From: Alphaproteobacteria bacterium
GTDB lineage: Bacteria > Pseudomonadota > Alphaproteobacteria > GCA-2731375
NCBI GenBank assembly: GCA_965232515.1
Contig: CBDDPY010000002.1
Span: forward strand, 5,120,001 to 5,184,000
Direction of reading: 5' to 3'
DNA length: 64,000 nt
The notes beneath the pieces were generated by a model, which saw nothing but the letters and a program-made list of their open reading frames with translations, did not search any database and was not told the DNA's origin. A program made the translations under genes and the position numbers. Below are positions 1-10,950 of the stretch, piece after piece. Within the stretch, counting starts at the first letter, position 1, and each line of letters begins with the position of its first letter.

Positions 1-1302
<1,302 letters not shown>

Positions 1303-1329
1303 CGGCGCGGATCGGAGCAGGATTAGGTC

Positions 1330-1731
1330 ATGGCCGACAAATTTCCGTTCGAGCTGGTCTCGCCGGAACGCCTGTTGCTCTCGGTCGATGCCGAGATGGT
1401 GACGGTGCCGGGATCGGAAGGCGATTTCGGCGTGCTCGCCGGCCATGCGCCGCTGATCTCGTCGCTGCGGCCGGGCGTCATCGAGATCGACGGCGTCGAT
1501 GAGGCCGATCGCCGGATCTATGTCGGCGGCGGCTTCGCCGAGATTGTCGGCGGCCGCCTGACCGTGCTGGCCGAGGAAGCCGTGCCGGTCAGCCAGCTCG
1601 ACCGCGCCGCGCTCGAGCAGCGCATTCGCAACGCCGAGGAAGACCTCGAAGACGCGAAAGACGATGCAGCCCGGGCCAAGGTGCAGGCCCAGCTCGATCA
1701 CCTGCGCGGCATGCTGGGCGCGGTGAACTAG
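1330..1731 (+). CDS. atpC: F0F1 ATP synthase subunit epsilon
   Basis: ELVSPE...PGSEGDFGVLAGHAPLIS...GGFAEI motifs; directly follows atpD. Confidence 0.98.
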   Translation: MADKFPFELVSPERLLLSVDAEMVTVPGSEGDFGVLAGHAPLISSLRPGVIEIDGVDEADRRIYVGGGFAEIVGGRLTVLAEEAVPVSQLDRAALEQRIRNAEEDLEDAKDDAARAKVQAQLDHLRGMLGAVN

Positions 1732-1767
1732 GTCCGTACCGGCTTCGGTCGCAGCAACCAGAACCGG

Positions 1768-2778
1768 TCATGCTGGCGAAGGCCAGGAGGTGGATTCACA
1801 TTCGAAGTGCAACAGGTGTTCGATGAAGACCTCGGCTGGGGTTCTGTAGTCAAGGCATTTCCGCGGCGTGGTGTTGTAGGCGCGCAGGTATTGGTGCAGG
1901 CGCCGGCGGTTGAGCTCGTCGAGGTTTGTCTTTCGGGGGATGAAGCGTCGGAAGCGGCCGATGGCGTTTTCGATGCCGCCCTTCTGCCAGGGGGCATGGG
2001 GGTCGCAGAAGTAGGTTTGCATGTCGATGTGCTGGAGTTCGGTGTGGCGGGCGAATTCGGTGCCGTTGTCGAAGGTGACGGTCTGGCGCAGGTCGGGCGG
2101 CAGGTCGGCGAACAGGGCGTGCAGGTGGTCTGCGATGGGCTGTGCGGCCTTACCCGGTGGCCGGGTGGCGAGGAGGATGCGGGAGAGACGTTCATGGCAG
2201 ACGAGGATGGCCTGGCCGTAGGTCGCGAACAGCATGAGGTCGGCTTCCCAGTGTCCCGGGGTTGTGCGGTCGTCGACGTCGGCCGGGCGATCGGCGATGG
2301 GCACGCGGCCGGCGATGAAGCTGGCCGGGCTGCCGCCCCTGCGGCCGCGCCAGCCGCGTTTGCTTTTGCCGCGCGGCAGCAGCAGGCGCCAGCGGAAGTC
2401 CTGGGTGCGGGCGAGCTGGGCATAGACGAAGCGGTAGATGCTTTCATGCGAGATGACGTGTTGGCCGGCGGTGTGGGCGAGCCGGCCGGCGACCTGTTCC
2501 GGCGACCAGCCGCGTTTGAGGCCGTCGAGGACGCGGTCGCGCAAGCTCGGATCGCGTTGCAGGCGGGGCCCGGACCAGCGCCGGGCGCGGGCCTGCTGCT
2601 GGGCATAGGCTGGCTTGTAGCCGACCTGTCGGCCGCTGTTGCGTTTCAGTTCGCGAGAGACTGTTGATGGCGCGCGATCCAGAGCTGCCGCGATTTGCCG
2701 GATCGAGCGGCCGGCGGTTTGAAGGCGGGAAATCTCACACCGCTCTTCCAGTGACAACTGGGCGTAATCGGATCCCAT
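1768..2778 (-). CDS. IS30-family DDE transposase
   Basis: N-terminal HTH (LSLEER...SIRQIAAALDRAPSTVSRELKRN), WSPEQ, ISHESIY, GHWEADL, TFDNGTEF, PWQKGGIEN; GGAGG RBS upstream. The stop codon lies just outside the right IR. Confidence 0.97.
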   Translation of the reverse strand: MGSDYAQLSLEERCEISRLQTAGRSIRQIAAALDRAPSTVSRELKRNSGRQVGYKPAYAQQQARARRWSGPRLQRDPSLRDRVLDGLKRGWSPEQVAGRLAHTAGQHVISHESIYRFVYAQLARTQDFRWRLLLPRGKSKRGWRGRRGGSPASFIAGRVPIADRPADVDDRTTPGHWEADLMLFATYGQAILVCHERLSRILLATRPPGKAAQPIADHLHALFADLPPDLRQTVTFDNGTEFARHTELQHIDMQTYFCDPHAPWQKGGIENAIGRFRRFIPRKTNLDELNRRRLHQYLRAYNTTPRKCLDYRTPAEVFIEHLLHFECESTSWPSPA

Positions 2779-2825
2779 CGCAACACCTCCAACACAAGGT
2801 GTTGCACTTCGTTTGTGAACTCAGG
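1789..2825 (-). mobile_element. IS30-family insertion sequence, about 1.04 kb, ends uncertain by 1-2 nt
   Basis: Imperfect 28 bp terminal inverted repeats GGTGGATTCACATTCGAAGTGCAACAGG (1789-1816) and GGTGTTGCACTTCGTTTGTGAACTCAGG (2798-2825) flank an IS30 transposase. No clean target duplication resolved. Confidence 0.9.
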
Positions 2826-2906
2826 GCATCCATCCGACGTCCGGCCGATTCACATTCAAGTCAATTGGATCCTGGCCTTCGCCAGGATGACGGCCGTGGT
2901 GGTGGT

Positions 2907-3704
2907 CTAATCCGCGGCCGTTGGCCGGCCCGGTGCATTCTCCAATTCGCCGATCCATTCCAGGCAGGCTTCGGCGATCTGCTCCCAGCCCGGCTCCAGC
3001 AGCAGCATGTGGCCGAAGCCGTCGAACTCCAGATAGGTCGAGACGTGCTGGTATTTCTCGGCCGTCTTCCGCACCGTGCCGGTCGAAATCACCAGATCTT
3101 CCGACGCGCCCACCACCAGCAGCGGGCAATCGACGTTCACGGCGTTCACGTAGGACGCGCGGCGGACGTCGAACATCCAGAAGATCATTTCGAACAGCGC
3201 GCGGCCGGACTCGGGCCCGCAGCGCTCGAAGATCTGCCGGGCCTCGGCCTCGCCGAACTGTTTCAGCGAGTCCTCGCGGGCGATCTCGTAGACCGGTTCC
3301 AGGGCCTGGGACCAGAACGTCCCGGCGTTGAACAGGTTGAGCGCGACGCCGATCTCGCGGTGTGAGCTGGGCAGCGCGCCCCAGGTCGGCGCCGGCGTCA
3401 GCAGTATGGCGGCCTGGCAGAGGTCGCGCGCGGCCAGGATCTGGGCGATCAGCCCGCCCATCGAGTGGCCGATCAGAACCGGTTTTTCGGGCAGGGCGGC
3501 GATTTGCCCGGCGACGTCGTCGGCATAATCCTGCAAGCCGATTGTGGCGAGCGCCGTCGCCGACTCGTCGGTGCTCCGGTCGCCATGATGCGGCAGATCC
3601 AGCGCCAGTGTCCGCCAGCCGCGGTCCTGGAACCAGGGTTGCCAACGCTCGAAGCACCAGCGTCCGGCGAAGGCGCCATGCAGCATGACAATCGTGTTCG
3701 GCAT
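2907..3704 (-). CDS. alpha/beta fold hydrolase
   Basis: Start chosen at MPNTIVMLHG; GHSMG nucleophile elbow and C-terminal GH motif. Confidence 0.88.
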   Translation of the reverse strand: MPNTIVMLHGAFAGRWCFERWQPWFQDRGWRTLALDLPHHGDRSTDESATALATIGLQDYADDVAGQIAALPEKPVLIGHSMGGLIAQILAARDLCQAAILLTPAPTWGALPSSHREIGVALNLFNAGTFWSQALEPVYEIAREDSLKQFGEAEARQIFERCGPESGRALFEMIFWMFDVRRASYVNAVNVDCPLLVVGASEDLVISTGTVRKTAEKYQHVSTYLEFDGFGHMLLLEPGWEQIAEACLEWIGELENAPGRPTAAD

Positions 3705-3718
3705 GCGCGCGGACTGGC

Positions 3719-4195
3719 TCAGGCGTCGGCGAGGTGGCGGAACGTGGCGACTACCTGCTCGTAGACGTCGCGCTTGAACGGCACGATCAGGTTCGGCAGG
3801 TCGTCCATGGCCGCCCAACGCCAGGCGTCGAATTCGGGATGTTTGGTATTGATGTCGATATCGCTGTCGCTGCCGGTAAAGCGCATGGCGAACCATTTCT
3901 GGGTCTGGCCGCGATAGCGCCCCTTCCAGACCTTGTCCGCCAGCGATTCCGGCAGATCGTAGGGGATCCAGCCAGGGCTTTCGGCCAGGATTTCGGCCTT
4001 GTCGGTGCCGATCTCCTCCGCCAGCTCGCGCCGCGCCGCTGCGGCCGGTTCCTCGCCGTCATCGATGCCGCCCTGCGGCATCTGCCAGGCTTCGACGCGC
4101 TGATCGATGCGCTGTGCCACGAAGACATGGCCGCGCGGGTTCAGCAGCATGATGCCGACACAGGGTCGGTAGGGGCGTTCGGCGAAAGGACGCAT
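3719..4195 (-). CDS. rppH: RNA pyrophosphohydrolase (Nudix)
   Basis: [15 protein letters not shown], Nudix box [23 protein letters not shown]. Start overlaps the upstream stop (TGATG). Confidence 0.95.
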   Translation of the reverse strand: MRPFAERPYRPCVGIMLLNPRGHVFVAQRIDQRVEAWQMPQGGIDDGEEPAAAARRELAEEIGTDKAEILAESPGWIPYDLPESLADKVWKGRYRGQTQKWFAMRFTGSDSDIDINTKHPEFDAWRWAAMDDLPNLIVPFKRDVYEQVVATFRHLADA

Positions 4196-5670
4196 CAACG
4201 CGTGCTCGGCTGGCCGACGACGGCGGAAAGGGGCGCCAGCTGCACGCCCTTGCGTTCCAGCGTGCGCGCCCACTGGGCCACCCGCTCGATCGTCACCGGG
4301 TAGGGGAAGCCGATGCCCACGGCATAGCCTCTGGCCTCGGCTAGACGCTCCAACTCAAGCAGGCGGGCATCGATGGCCGGGCGCGAAGCTTCGTTGTCGA
4401 TGTACCGGTTGTTCAGCGCGTGCGCCATCTGCATTTCGGCGGCGATCTTTCCGGCCACGCTGTTGGCGGCGGAGCGGCTGTCGAGGAACAAGAGGCCACG
4501 TTCGCGCAGCGACTTCAGCACTGGCCGCAAATGCCGTTCCGAGGTCGTGAAGCGCGACCCCATGTAGTTGGTCACGCCGACATAGCCGGAAAACCGGTCC
4601 AGCAGCCAGTCCAGGCGCTGCAGGTTGTCGCGCACCGGCAGGCTGGTCAGCAGCGTATGCGGCCCGGGATCGTTGTCCGGATAGCTCTCCGGCTCCATCG
4701 GCAGCTGCAACAGCACCTCGTGGCCGGCCGCCCGCGCCTGATCGGCCCAGTCCTGCAGGTCGCGGCCATAGGGTGCGAAGGCCAGCGTCACCTCGCCCGG
4801 CAGTTGCTGGATCGCCGCGCTGGTCGACGCCTTGCTCAGGCCCAGACCCCAGAGCACGATAGCGATGCGCGGCGTGCGCGGCCGGGCCTGGAACGGACGG
4901 GAGTTGGCCCGCCAGGCAAGCGTGGCCGGGTCCGGGGCCGTGCTGTCGGCCGCCGGTGTGTCTGTCGCCGCGGGTTCGGCCGGTGTTTCGACCGCTGGCG
5001 GAGTCGGTACGGTCGTACTCTCTGTCGCGGCGGCTGGGGCATCACCGCTATCCGGCGGCTGATCTGTGGCCAGCGCCAGGACGGGACTTTCGGCCGCCGG
5101 GTCCGGTCCGTCATCGGCCGGTGTCGGGATCGTTTGAGGTTCGGTCTCCGGCGTGGGCGCAGGACCGGCGCCGAGGTCTTCGGACGCTTGCGCCGGCGGT
5201 TCGGCCCCGGTCGATGTGTCGACCGCCGTCTCTCTGCCGGTGTCGGGCGTTCCGGCAACGGTCGTGGCGGCGACGGCGGCTGCCTCGTCCGGTGCGGCTG
5301 CGCCGCCGTCGGCAATGGCGTCGTCCGACCGGCCGTCGTTGACGACGTCAGTCTCCGGCGGGGCGGGCTCGGGTGGCGTCGCCTCGGCAGGCGGCGTCGT
5401 TGGCGGCGCCGTCTCGGCTGTCGCTTCCGGCGCCGGCGATGCGGCCGGCGTCTGCTCCGGCGCCTCTTGCGCCAGCTTGAGGGCGATCGAGGGGACGCTT
5501 TCCGGGGCTTCGGCCGCTTCGGGCGGCGGCTCGTAGGTCAGCTGCAGCCAGCCGATAATGGCGCCGAGGCTGGCCATGACCAGGAACACGGCGGCGGCCA
5601 GCGCGTTGGCGCCTCTGCGGGAGGGGCCGGCGCTTCGCCGTGGTGATTTACCCGCCGCTTTCCTGGCCAC
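4195..5670 (-). CDS. Divergent polysaccharide deacetylase family protein (YibQ-like) with membrane anchor and long Pro/Ala/Glu-rich linker
   Basis: [26 protein letters not shown] motifs; conserved position between ctpA and rppH. Confidence 0.92.
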   Translation of the reverse strand: MARKAAGKSPRRSAGPSRRGANALAAAVFLVMASLGAIIGWLQLTYEPPPEAAEAPESVPSIALKLAQEAPEQTPAASPAPEATAETAPPTTPPAEATPPEPAPPETDVVNDGRSDDAIADGGAAAPDEAAAVAATTVAGTPDTGRETAVDTSTGAEPPAQASEDLGAGPAPTPETEPQTIPTPADDGPDPAAESPVLALATDQPPDSGDAPAAATESTTVPTPPAVETPAEPAATDTPAADSTAPDPATLAWRANSRPFQARPRTPRIAIVLWGLGLSKASTSAAIQQLPGEVTLAFAPYGRDLQDWADQARAAGHEVLLQLPMEPESYPDNDPGPHTLLTSLPVRDNLQRLDWLLDRFSGYVGVTNYMGSRFTTSERHLRPVLKSLRERGLLFLDSRSAANSVAGKIAAEMQMAHALNNRYIDNEASRPAIDARLLELERLAEARGYAVGIGFPYPVTIERVAQWARTLERKGVQLAPLSAVVGQPSTR

Positions 5671-5714
5671 TATGACCTAACCCAATGCCCCCCTCGATGC
5701 ACCGCAGGCCTGCG

Positions 5715-6983
5715 TCAGTTGGACGCCCTGTTGCTGAGCAGGGAAATGCCGCGCAACAGGTCGAGCGCATAGGCAAGCTGGAAGTCCTGCGGCGTGTCTT
5801 CGGCGCCGGGGGCCGCCTGGGCGCCGTCTTCCTTGCCTTCCTCTTCGCCGATCAGGTGGCCGCGCAGATCGGCCTCCGACCGCCGGTCACCGCCTTCGAC
5901 GGTTTCCACGCGGGCCTGTTCGACCTCGATATCGGGCTCGATGCCGGTCGCCTGTATCGAACGGCCGGACGGCGTGTAGTAGCGCGCCGTCGTCAGCCGG
6001 ATCGCGCCATGGCCCTGCAGCGGGATGATGGTCTGGACCGAGCCCTTGCCGAAGGACTTCGTGCCCAGAACGATCGCCCGGCGATGGTCCTGAAGCGCGC
6101 CGGCGACGATTTCCGACGCCGAGGCGGAACCGCCGTTGATCAGCACGATCACCGGCTTGCCCTCGACCAGGTCACCCTTGCGGGCGTTGTAACGCTGCGA
6201 GTCCTCCGGCCGCCGGCCGCGGGTCGAGACGATCTCGCCCTGGTCCAGGAAGGCGTCGGAAATCGCCACGGCCTGGTCCAGCAGGCCGCCCGGGTTGTTT
6301 CGCAGATCCAGAATCAGGCCCTTCATGTTCGGGCCGATCTCGTCGGTAATCCGCTCGACGGCCCGCCGCAGGCCGACGTCGCTCTGCTCGCTGAACGAGG
6401 TGATGCGGACATAGCCGATCTCGCCCTCGACCCGATGGCGCACCGACTGGATCTTGATCACGTCGCGCACGATCGTCACGTCGAACGGCTGCTCCTGGCC
6501 CGGCCGCGTCACGGTCAGGCGGATCTCCGAGCTGACAGGGCCGCGCATCTTCTCGACGGCTTCCGACAGCGACAGACCGAGCACCGGCTCGCCGTCGAGC
6601 TGGGTGACGTAATCGCCGGCTTTCAGGCCGGCGCGGTCGGCCGGCGTGTCGTCGATCGGCGACACCACCTTGACCAGTCCGTTCTCCATCGTCACCTCGA
6701 TGCCGAGACCGCCGAATTCGCCGCGGGTCTGCACCTGCATGTCGCGGTAGCTCTTCGGATTGAGGTAGCTCGAGTGCGGATCCAGCGACCGCAGCATGCC
6801 GTTGATGGCCGCTTCGATCAGCTCCGGATCGTCAACGTCCTCGACATAGTCGGCTCGGATCCGTTCGAAAATGTCACCGAACAGATTCAGTTGCCGATAG
6901 GTTTCCGAACTCGCGCCAAATCCGGTTGAAGGCAAATTCAGGAGGGCGACGGCGAAAACCGCTGCCAACATCGTCTTGCGCAT
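5715..6983 (-). CDS. ctpA: S41 carboxyl-terminal processing protease
   Basis: Signal peptide, LDPHS, PDZ GLGI, LDLRNNPGGLL, SASASEIV, SFGKGSVQ. TAATG overlap with the envC stop. Confidence 0.96.
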   Translation of the reverse strand: MRKTMLAAVFAVALLNLPSTGFGASSETYRQLNLFGDIFERIRADYVEDVDDPELIEAAINGMLRSLDPHSSYLNPKSYRDMQVQTRGEFGGLGIEVTMENGLVKVVSPIDDTPADRAGLKAGDYVTQLDGEPVLGLSLSEAVEKMRGPVSSEIRLTVTRPGQEQPFDVTIVRDVIKIQSVRHRVEGEIGYVRITSFSEQSDVGLRRAVERITDEIGPNMKGLILDLRNNPGGLLDQAVAISDAFLDQGEIVSTRGRRPEDSQRYNARKGDLVEGKPVIVLINGGSASASEIVAGALQDHRRAIVLGTKSFGKGSVQTIIPLQGHGAIRLTTARYYTPSGRSIQATGIEPDIEVEQARVETVEGGDRRSEADLRGHLIGEEEGKEDGAQAAPGAEDTPQDFQLAYALDLLRGISLLSNRASN

Positions 6984-8389
6984 TATCCGCTTACCTTTCC
7001 ATTGTTGGCCGCCATCCACGGTTGCGGATTGATTGGCTCTCCGCCGCGGCGCAACTCGACATATAGGGTTGGACGCTCGCCTTGGCTGGCGCCCATCTGT
7101 CCCACAGGCTCTCCAGCGAGGACGGACTGACCGACTGTCCCATAAATCTCTGACATTCCGGCTAGCAAAGTATGATAACTCTCGCCATGCGAGATAATCA
7201 ATAGCAGGCCATAGCCGCGAAATTCGCCGGCGAACATGATACTGCCGTCCGAGGGAGCGACGACTTGCGCGTTCGGCAGGGTTTCGACCCGGATCCCCTT
7301 CGAGGTCTGGCCGAAACCGTCCGTTGCGCCATACAACTGAACGATCTTGCCGCGCACCGGCATGGGCAGCCGGCCGCGCGATTGTGAAAACGATTGTGAA
7401 GATGGCGGCAATGCCACCGCCAGACGGGGCGTCTCGGGCGCGCTGTCCGCGGCCGGCGGCGGTGCCGGCGCCACGGGCTCGACGGGGGCGGGCTGCGCCG
7501 CGGCGGCCTGGCGTTCGGATTCCGCCATTTCGCGCCGCACCCGTTCGGCCTCCGTCGCCTGCAGCCGCCGCCGTTCTTCGGCTTCGGCCAGGCGTCGCTG
7601 ACGCTCGGCTTCGGCGGCCAGTCGCTGCCGCTCGGCCTCGAGCGCGCGCTGCCGCGCCGCGTCTGCCTCGAGCTTGCGAACCAGGGACTTCAGATCCGTT
7701 GCCGTGGCGGCGAGCTCGTTCAGGCGAGCCGCCTCGCGAATGCTCTTGCGCCGCAGGCCTTCCTGCCGGTCGGTCTTTTCCGCTAACAAGCCGACGATGT
7801 CGCGGCGTTCGGCGTCCAGCCTCTCGCGCGCGACGGCCAGGCTTTCGTGTTCCAGATTGATCTGGCGCAGAAGCGCATTGAGCGAGCCCAACTCGTCCCG
7901 GAGCTTTTCCGCCTCGGCTTCCAGGCCCGGCACGATGGCGCCCAACAGGCGCGCGCTGCGGAAGGTATCGACGGCGGTCGCCGGCGTCGCGGCCACGGCG
8001 ACGGGCGGGCGCCGGCTCAGCCGGCTCAGCGCCGCCAGCGTCGCCGCCAGGCGTTCGTGCTTGCTGGTCAGCCGTTCGCGCTGCTCGAACGCCTGCGCCC
8101 GCAACTCGCTCAGCCGGGTCTCGGCCGCGGCCACGTCGTCTTCCTTGGCCTGCACGGAGGCGGCGGCGTCGACCAGACGCTGCCGCAGCGCGGCCAGTTC
8201 GTTTTCCAGCTTCCGGGCCTGCGCCGAGAGCTGCTGCTGGCGCGCCTGGCCGCTTTCGATGGCGCGTTGGACCGCGCGCAACTCGTGGCGGGCGTCCGTG
8301 CCCTGGGCGAGCACGGCCGGCGCCGCGGCCAGGCAGCTGAGGCAGATCGCGCCGGCGAGGCGGACGGAACGGCGGTCAGGCTGTTTCAC
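6983..8389 (-). CDS. envC: Murein hydrolase activator EnvC family (coiled coil plus degenerate M23 domain)
   Basis: Signal peptide, long coiled coil, C-terminal FAGEFRGYG...LYVELRR...PINP; synteny gpmI-envC-ctpA. Confidence 0.9.
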   Translation of the reverse strand: MKQPDRRSVRLAGAICLSCLAAAPAVLAQGTDARHELRAVQRAIESGQARQQQLSAQARKLENELAALRQRLVDAAASVQAKEDDVAAAETRLSELRAQAFEQRERLTSKHERLAATLAALSRLSRRPPVAVAATPATAVDTFRSARLLGAIVPGLEAEAEKLRDELGSLNALLRQINLEHESLAVARERLDAERRDIVGLLAEKTDRQEGLRRKSIREAARLNELAATATDLKSLVRKLEADAARQRALEAERQRLAAEAERQRRLAEAEERRRLQATEAERVRREMAESERQAAAAQPAPVEPVAPAPPPAADSAPETPRLAVALPPSSQSFSQSRGRLPMPVRGKIVQLYGATDGFGQTSKGIRVETLPNAQVVAPSDGSIMFAGEFRGYGLLLIISHGESYHTLLAGMSEIYGTVGQSVLAGEPVGQMGASQGERPTLYVELRRGGEPINPQPWMAANNGKVSG

Positions 8390-9956
8390 GTCGTTCCTGC
8401 ACCTCGGATGCGACGGCCGCTTGCCGGTCGATCAGCGAATGGCCGGTCATTTCCGCCGGCTGCGGCAGTTGCAGCAAATCGAGCAGGGTCGGCGCCACAT
8501 CGGCCAGCCGGCCGTCCTTCAGCGAGATCGATGTCTGGGCATTGATCAGCAGGGCCGGGACGATGTTGGTGGTATGCGCGGTATGCGCTTGGCCGGTCGA
8601 CGGGTCCTGCATCATCTCGACGTTGCCGTGATCGGCGGTCACCAACATGGTCCCGCCGGCGGTCTCAATGGCGCCCGACAGCCGCCCCAGGCAGCTGTCG
8701 ATGGTCTCGACGGCCGCGATCGCGGCGTTCAGGTCGCCCGTATGGCCGACCATGTCGGGATTGGCGTAGTTCACCACGATCAAGTCGAAGCGGCCGCTGC
8801 CGATCGCCTCGACCAGCCGGTCCGTGACCTCCGGGGCCGACATCTCCGGCTGCAGGTCGTAGGTGGCGACCTTCGGCGACGGCACCAGGATGCGTTCCTC
8901 GCCCTCGAAGGTGCGCTCCTCGCCGCCGTTCAGAAAGAAGGTGACGTGGGCGTATTTCTCGGTCTCGGCGATGCGCAGTTGCGTCAGGCCGGCGTTGGCC
9001 ACGACCTCGCCCAGCGTGTTGCGCAGACTTTCCGGCGGGAACAGCGCCGGCAGCAGCTCGTCCAACGCCGAGGAATAGGACACCAGGCCCGCCTGTGCCG
9101 CGAACGAGACGGTTCGTGACCGTGAGAAGCCGTCGAATGCCGGATCGAGTAGCGCGGTCAGGATTTCACGGGCCCGATCGGCGCGGAAATTACCCATCAG
9201 CAGGCCGTCGCCGTCGGCCATGCCGGCATAGGCGCCGATCGCGGTCGGCAGCAGGAACTCGTCGCTGACGTCGTTGGCATAGGACGCCTCGATGGCGGCG
9301 ACGCCGGCGTCGGCCCGATCTCCCGCGGCGTCGACCAGCGTGGCGTAGGCCTGGGCGACGCGGTCCCAGCGCTTGTCGCGGTCCATGGCGTAATAGCGCC
9401 CCGACAGGGTCGCCATTTCGATATCGCCGGCGCCGTCGACGTCGCCGATGAACTGGCGGACGTAGTCAATGGCGCTGCGAGGTGGGGTGTCGCGGCCGTC
9501 AAGAAATCCGTGCACGCGTACCGGCACGCCCGCCTCGGCGACGGTTCGGGCCAGGGCCGCCAGTTGCGACTGGTGCGCGTGCACACCGCCGGGCGACAGC
9601 AGGCCCATGAGGTGGCAGGCGCCGCCGTTGGCCTTCAGCGCTGCGATCAGATCGCGCATGACTTTCCGTTCGCCCAGCGTGCCGTCGGCGACCGCCTTGT
9701 CGATTCGCGGCAGGTCTTGCAGCACCACGCGGCCAGCGCCCAGATTCTGGTGGCCGACCTCGGAATTGCCCATCTGGCCGGCGGGCAGACCGACATCGTC
9801 GGCCGATGTGCGCAAAAACGCCAGCGGCCCCTTGGCGCAAAGCCCGTCGTAGGCCGGCGTCTTCGCCAGCGCGATGGCATTGTTGTCGGTTTCCTGCCGG
9901 TATCCCCAGCCATCAAGGATGCACAAGACGATCGGACGTGGACTGCTGCTGTTCAT
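8376..9956 (-). CDS. gpmI: 2,3-bisphosphoglycerate-independent phosphoglycerate mutase
   Basis: ILDGWG, GQMGNSEVGH, DGRDTPP, GRYYAMDRD, AETEKYAHVTFF, DMVGHTG, TADHGN. Confidence 0.98.
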   Translation of the reverse strand: MNSSSPRPIVLCILDGWGYRQETDNNAIALAKTPAYDGLCAKGPLAFLRTSADDVGLPAGQMGNSEVGHQNLGAGRVVLQDLPRIDKAVADGTLGERKVMRDLIAALKANGGACHLMGLLSPGGVHAHQSQLAALARTVAEAGVPVRVHGFLDGRDTPPRSAIDYVRQFIGDVDGAGDIEMATLSGRYYAMDRDKRWDRVAQAYATLVDAAGDRADAGVAAIEASYANDVSDEFLLPTAIGAYAGMADGDGLLMGNFRADRAREILTALLDPAFDGFSRSRTVSFAAQAGLVSYSSALDELLPALFPPESLRNTLGEVVANAGLTQLRIAETEKYAHVTFFLNGGEERTFEGEERILVPSPKVATYDLQPEMSAPEVTDRLVEAIGSGRFDLIVVNYANPDMVGHTGDLNAAIAAVETIDSCLGRLSGAIETAGGTMLVTADHGNVEMMQDPSTGQAHTAHTTNIVPALLINAQTSISLKDGRLADVAPTLLDLLQLPQPAEMTGHSLIDRQAAVASEVQERRETA

Positions 9957-10003
9957 TTGCAATCTATTTGGCGGAGCCGGAAAACGAACATAAACGTAAC
10001 CAC

Positions 10004-10019
10004 TTAACGCATTTTTAAC
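10004..10019. promoter_or_regulatory. Candidate CtrA binding box upstream of the gpmI-envC-ctpA operon
   Basis: TTAA-CGCATTT-TTAAC matches TTAA-N7-TTAA(C) exactly, in an AT-rich intergenic patch about 50 bp upstream of the gpmI start. Confidence 0.6.
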
Positions 10020-10114
10020 AGACAAAACAGCGTGACCGGCAAACTATAGCGACGATCAGCGCCCGTCATCCGGAAATTGCCGCACCGCTCATACGACTCT
10101 GCTCATATGCGCCG

Positions 10115-10573
10115 TCAGGCCCGGTGATAGGGGTGTCCGGCGAGGATGCTGGACGCCCGATAGAGCTGCTCGGCGAGCATGGCCCGGACCAGCTGGTGCG
10201 GCCAGGTCATCGGGCCGAACGCCAGCAGCATCGCCGCCGACCGGCGAACCTCTTCGTCGAGGCCGTCGGCGCCGCCGATCAGGAAAGCAAGCGCCGGCAC
10301 GCCGTCGTCGCGCCAACGGCCGATCCGTTTCGCGAATTCCGTACTCGACAGCGCAGTGCCGCGTTCGTCCAGGGCGATTATGCAGGCACCCGCGGGCACT
10401 GCCTTCAGCAGCAGTTGCGCCTCGTCCCGGCGGCGTTCATCCGTGGCGGCGTGGCGGCGCGCCTCGACCTCGCGGGTCTCGACGGGCCAGGGCAGGCGTT
10501 TGCGATAGGCGTCGAAAATGTCCCGTTCGGGCCCGGCCCGGACCTTGCCCACGGCGATGACGTGCACCCGCAC
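10115..10573 (-). CDS. rlmH: 23S rRNA pseudouridine-1915 N3-methyltransferase
   Basis: LDERG, FLIGGADG, MTWPHQLVR, EQLYRA, GHPYHR. Confidence 0.98.
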   Translation of the reverse strand: MRVHVIAVGKVRAGPERDIFDAYRKRLPWPVETREVEARRHAATDERRRDEAQLLLKAVPAGACIIALDERGTALSSTEFAKRIGRWRDDGVPALAFLIGGADGLDEEVRRSAAMLLAFGPMTWPHQLVRAMLAEQLYRASSILAGHPYHRA

Positions 10574-10614
10574 CGGTCAGCGCGCCGCGATGCGTCGTTC
10601 AACGGCCAGCGCCG

Positions 10615-10950
10615 TCAAACCACGGCGTGCTCCGCCGATGGCAGGTCCACCGACCACATCTTTTCGATGTTGTAGAACGTCCGCACCTCGGGCCGGAATA
10701 CGTGAACGATGACGTCACCGGCATCGATCAGCACCCAATCGCACTGCGGGAGTCCTTCGACGCGGCTGCTGCCGTGGCCGGCGGTTTTGATCCGCCGGAC
10801 CAGGTGGTCGGCGATGGCGCCGACCTGCCGATGCGACCGGCCGCTGGCGATCACCAGGTGATCGGCGATCGAGGTCTTGCCGTCGAGATCGACGGTGACC
10901 ACGTCTTCGGCTTTGTCGTCGTCAAGGGAGCGGAGAATGAGATCCAGCAA
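10615..10950 (-). CDS. rsfS: Ribosome silencing factor (Iojap); start uncertain
   Basis: LDDDKAED, IASGRSHRQV, WVLIDAGDVIVHVF, RTFYNIEKMW; located between nadD and rlmH. Confidence 0.95.
   Translation of the reverse strand: MLDLILRSLDDDKAEDVVTVDLDGKTSIADHLVIASGRSHRQVGAIADHLVRRIKTAGHGSSRVEGLPQCDWVLIDAGDVIVHVFRPEVRTFYNIEKMWSVDLPSAEHAVV

Larger units (their letters stand above)
1767..2892. repeat. CGTC-type REP dimer interrupted by IS30 element (left arm 1767-1786 plus 2827-2832; right arm 2866-2891)
   Basis: Joining GTCATGCTGGCGAAGGCCAG (1767-1786) to CATCCA (2827-2832) restores an arm that is a near reverse complement of TGGATCCTGGCCTTCGCCAGGATGAC (2866-2891). Same family as the copies at 39687 and 48650. 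Confidence 0.85.

Noticed and set aside
9957-10025. N-terminal extensions in the ORF track (gpmI here; likewise rplU, rppH, ctpA, dctP and others)
   Set aside because: The extensions run through promoter or upstream-gene sequence; downstream ATGs fit family N-termini, RBS positions or stop-start overlaps better.
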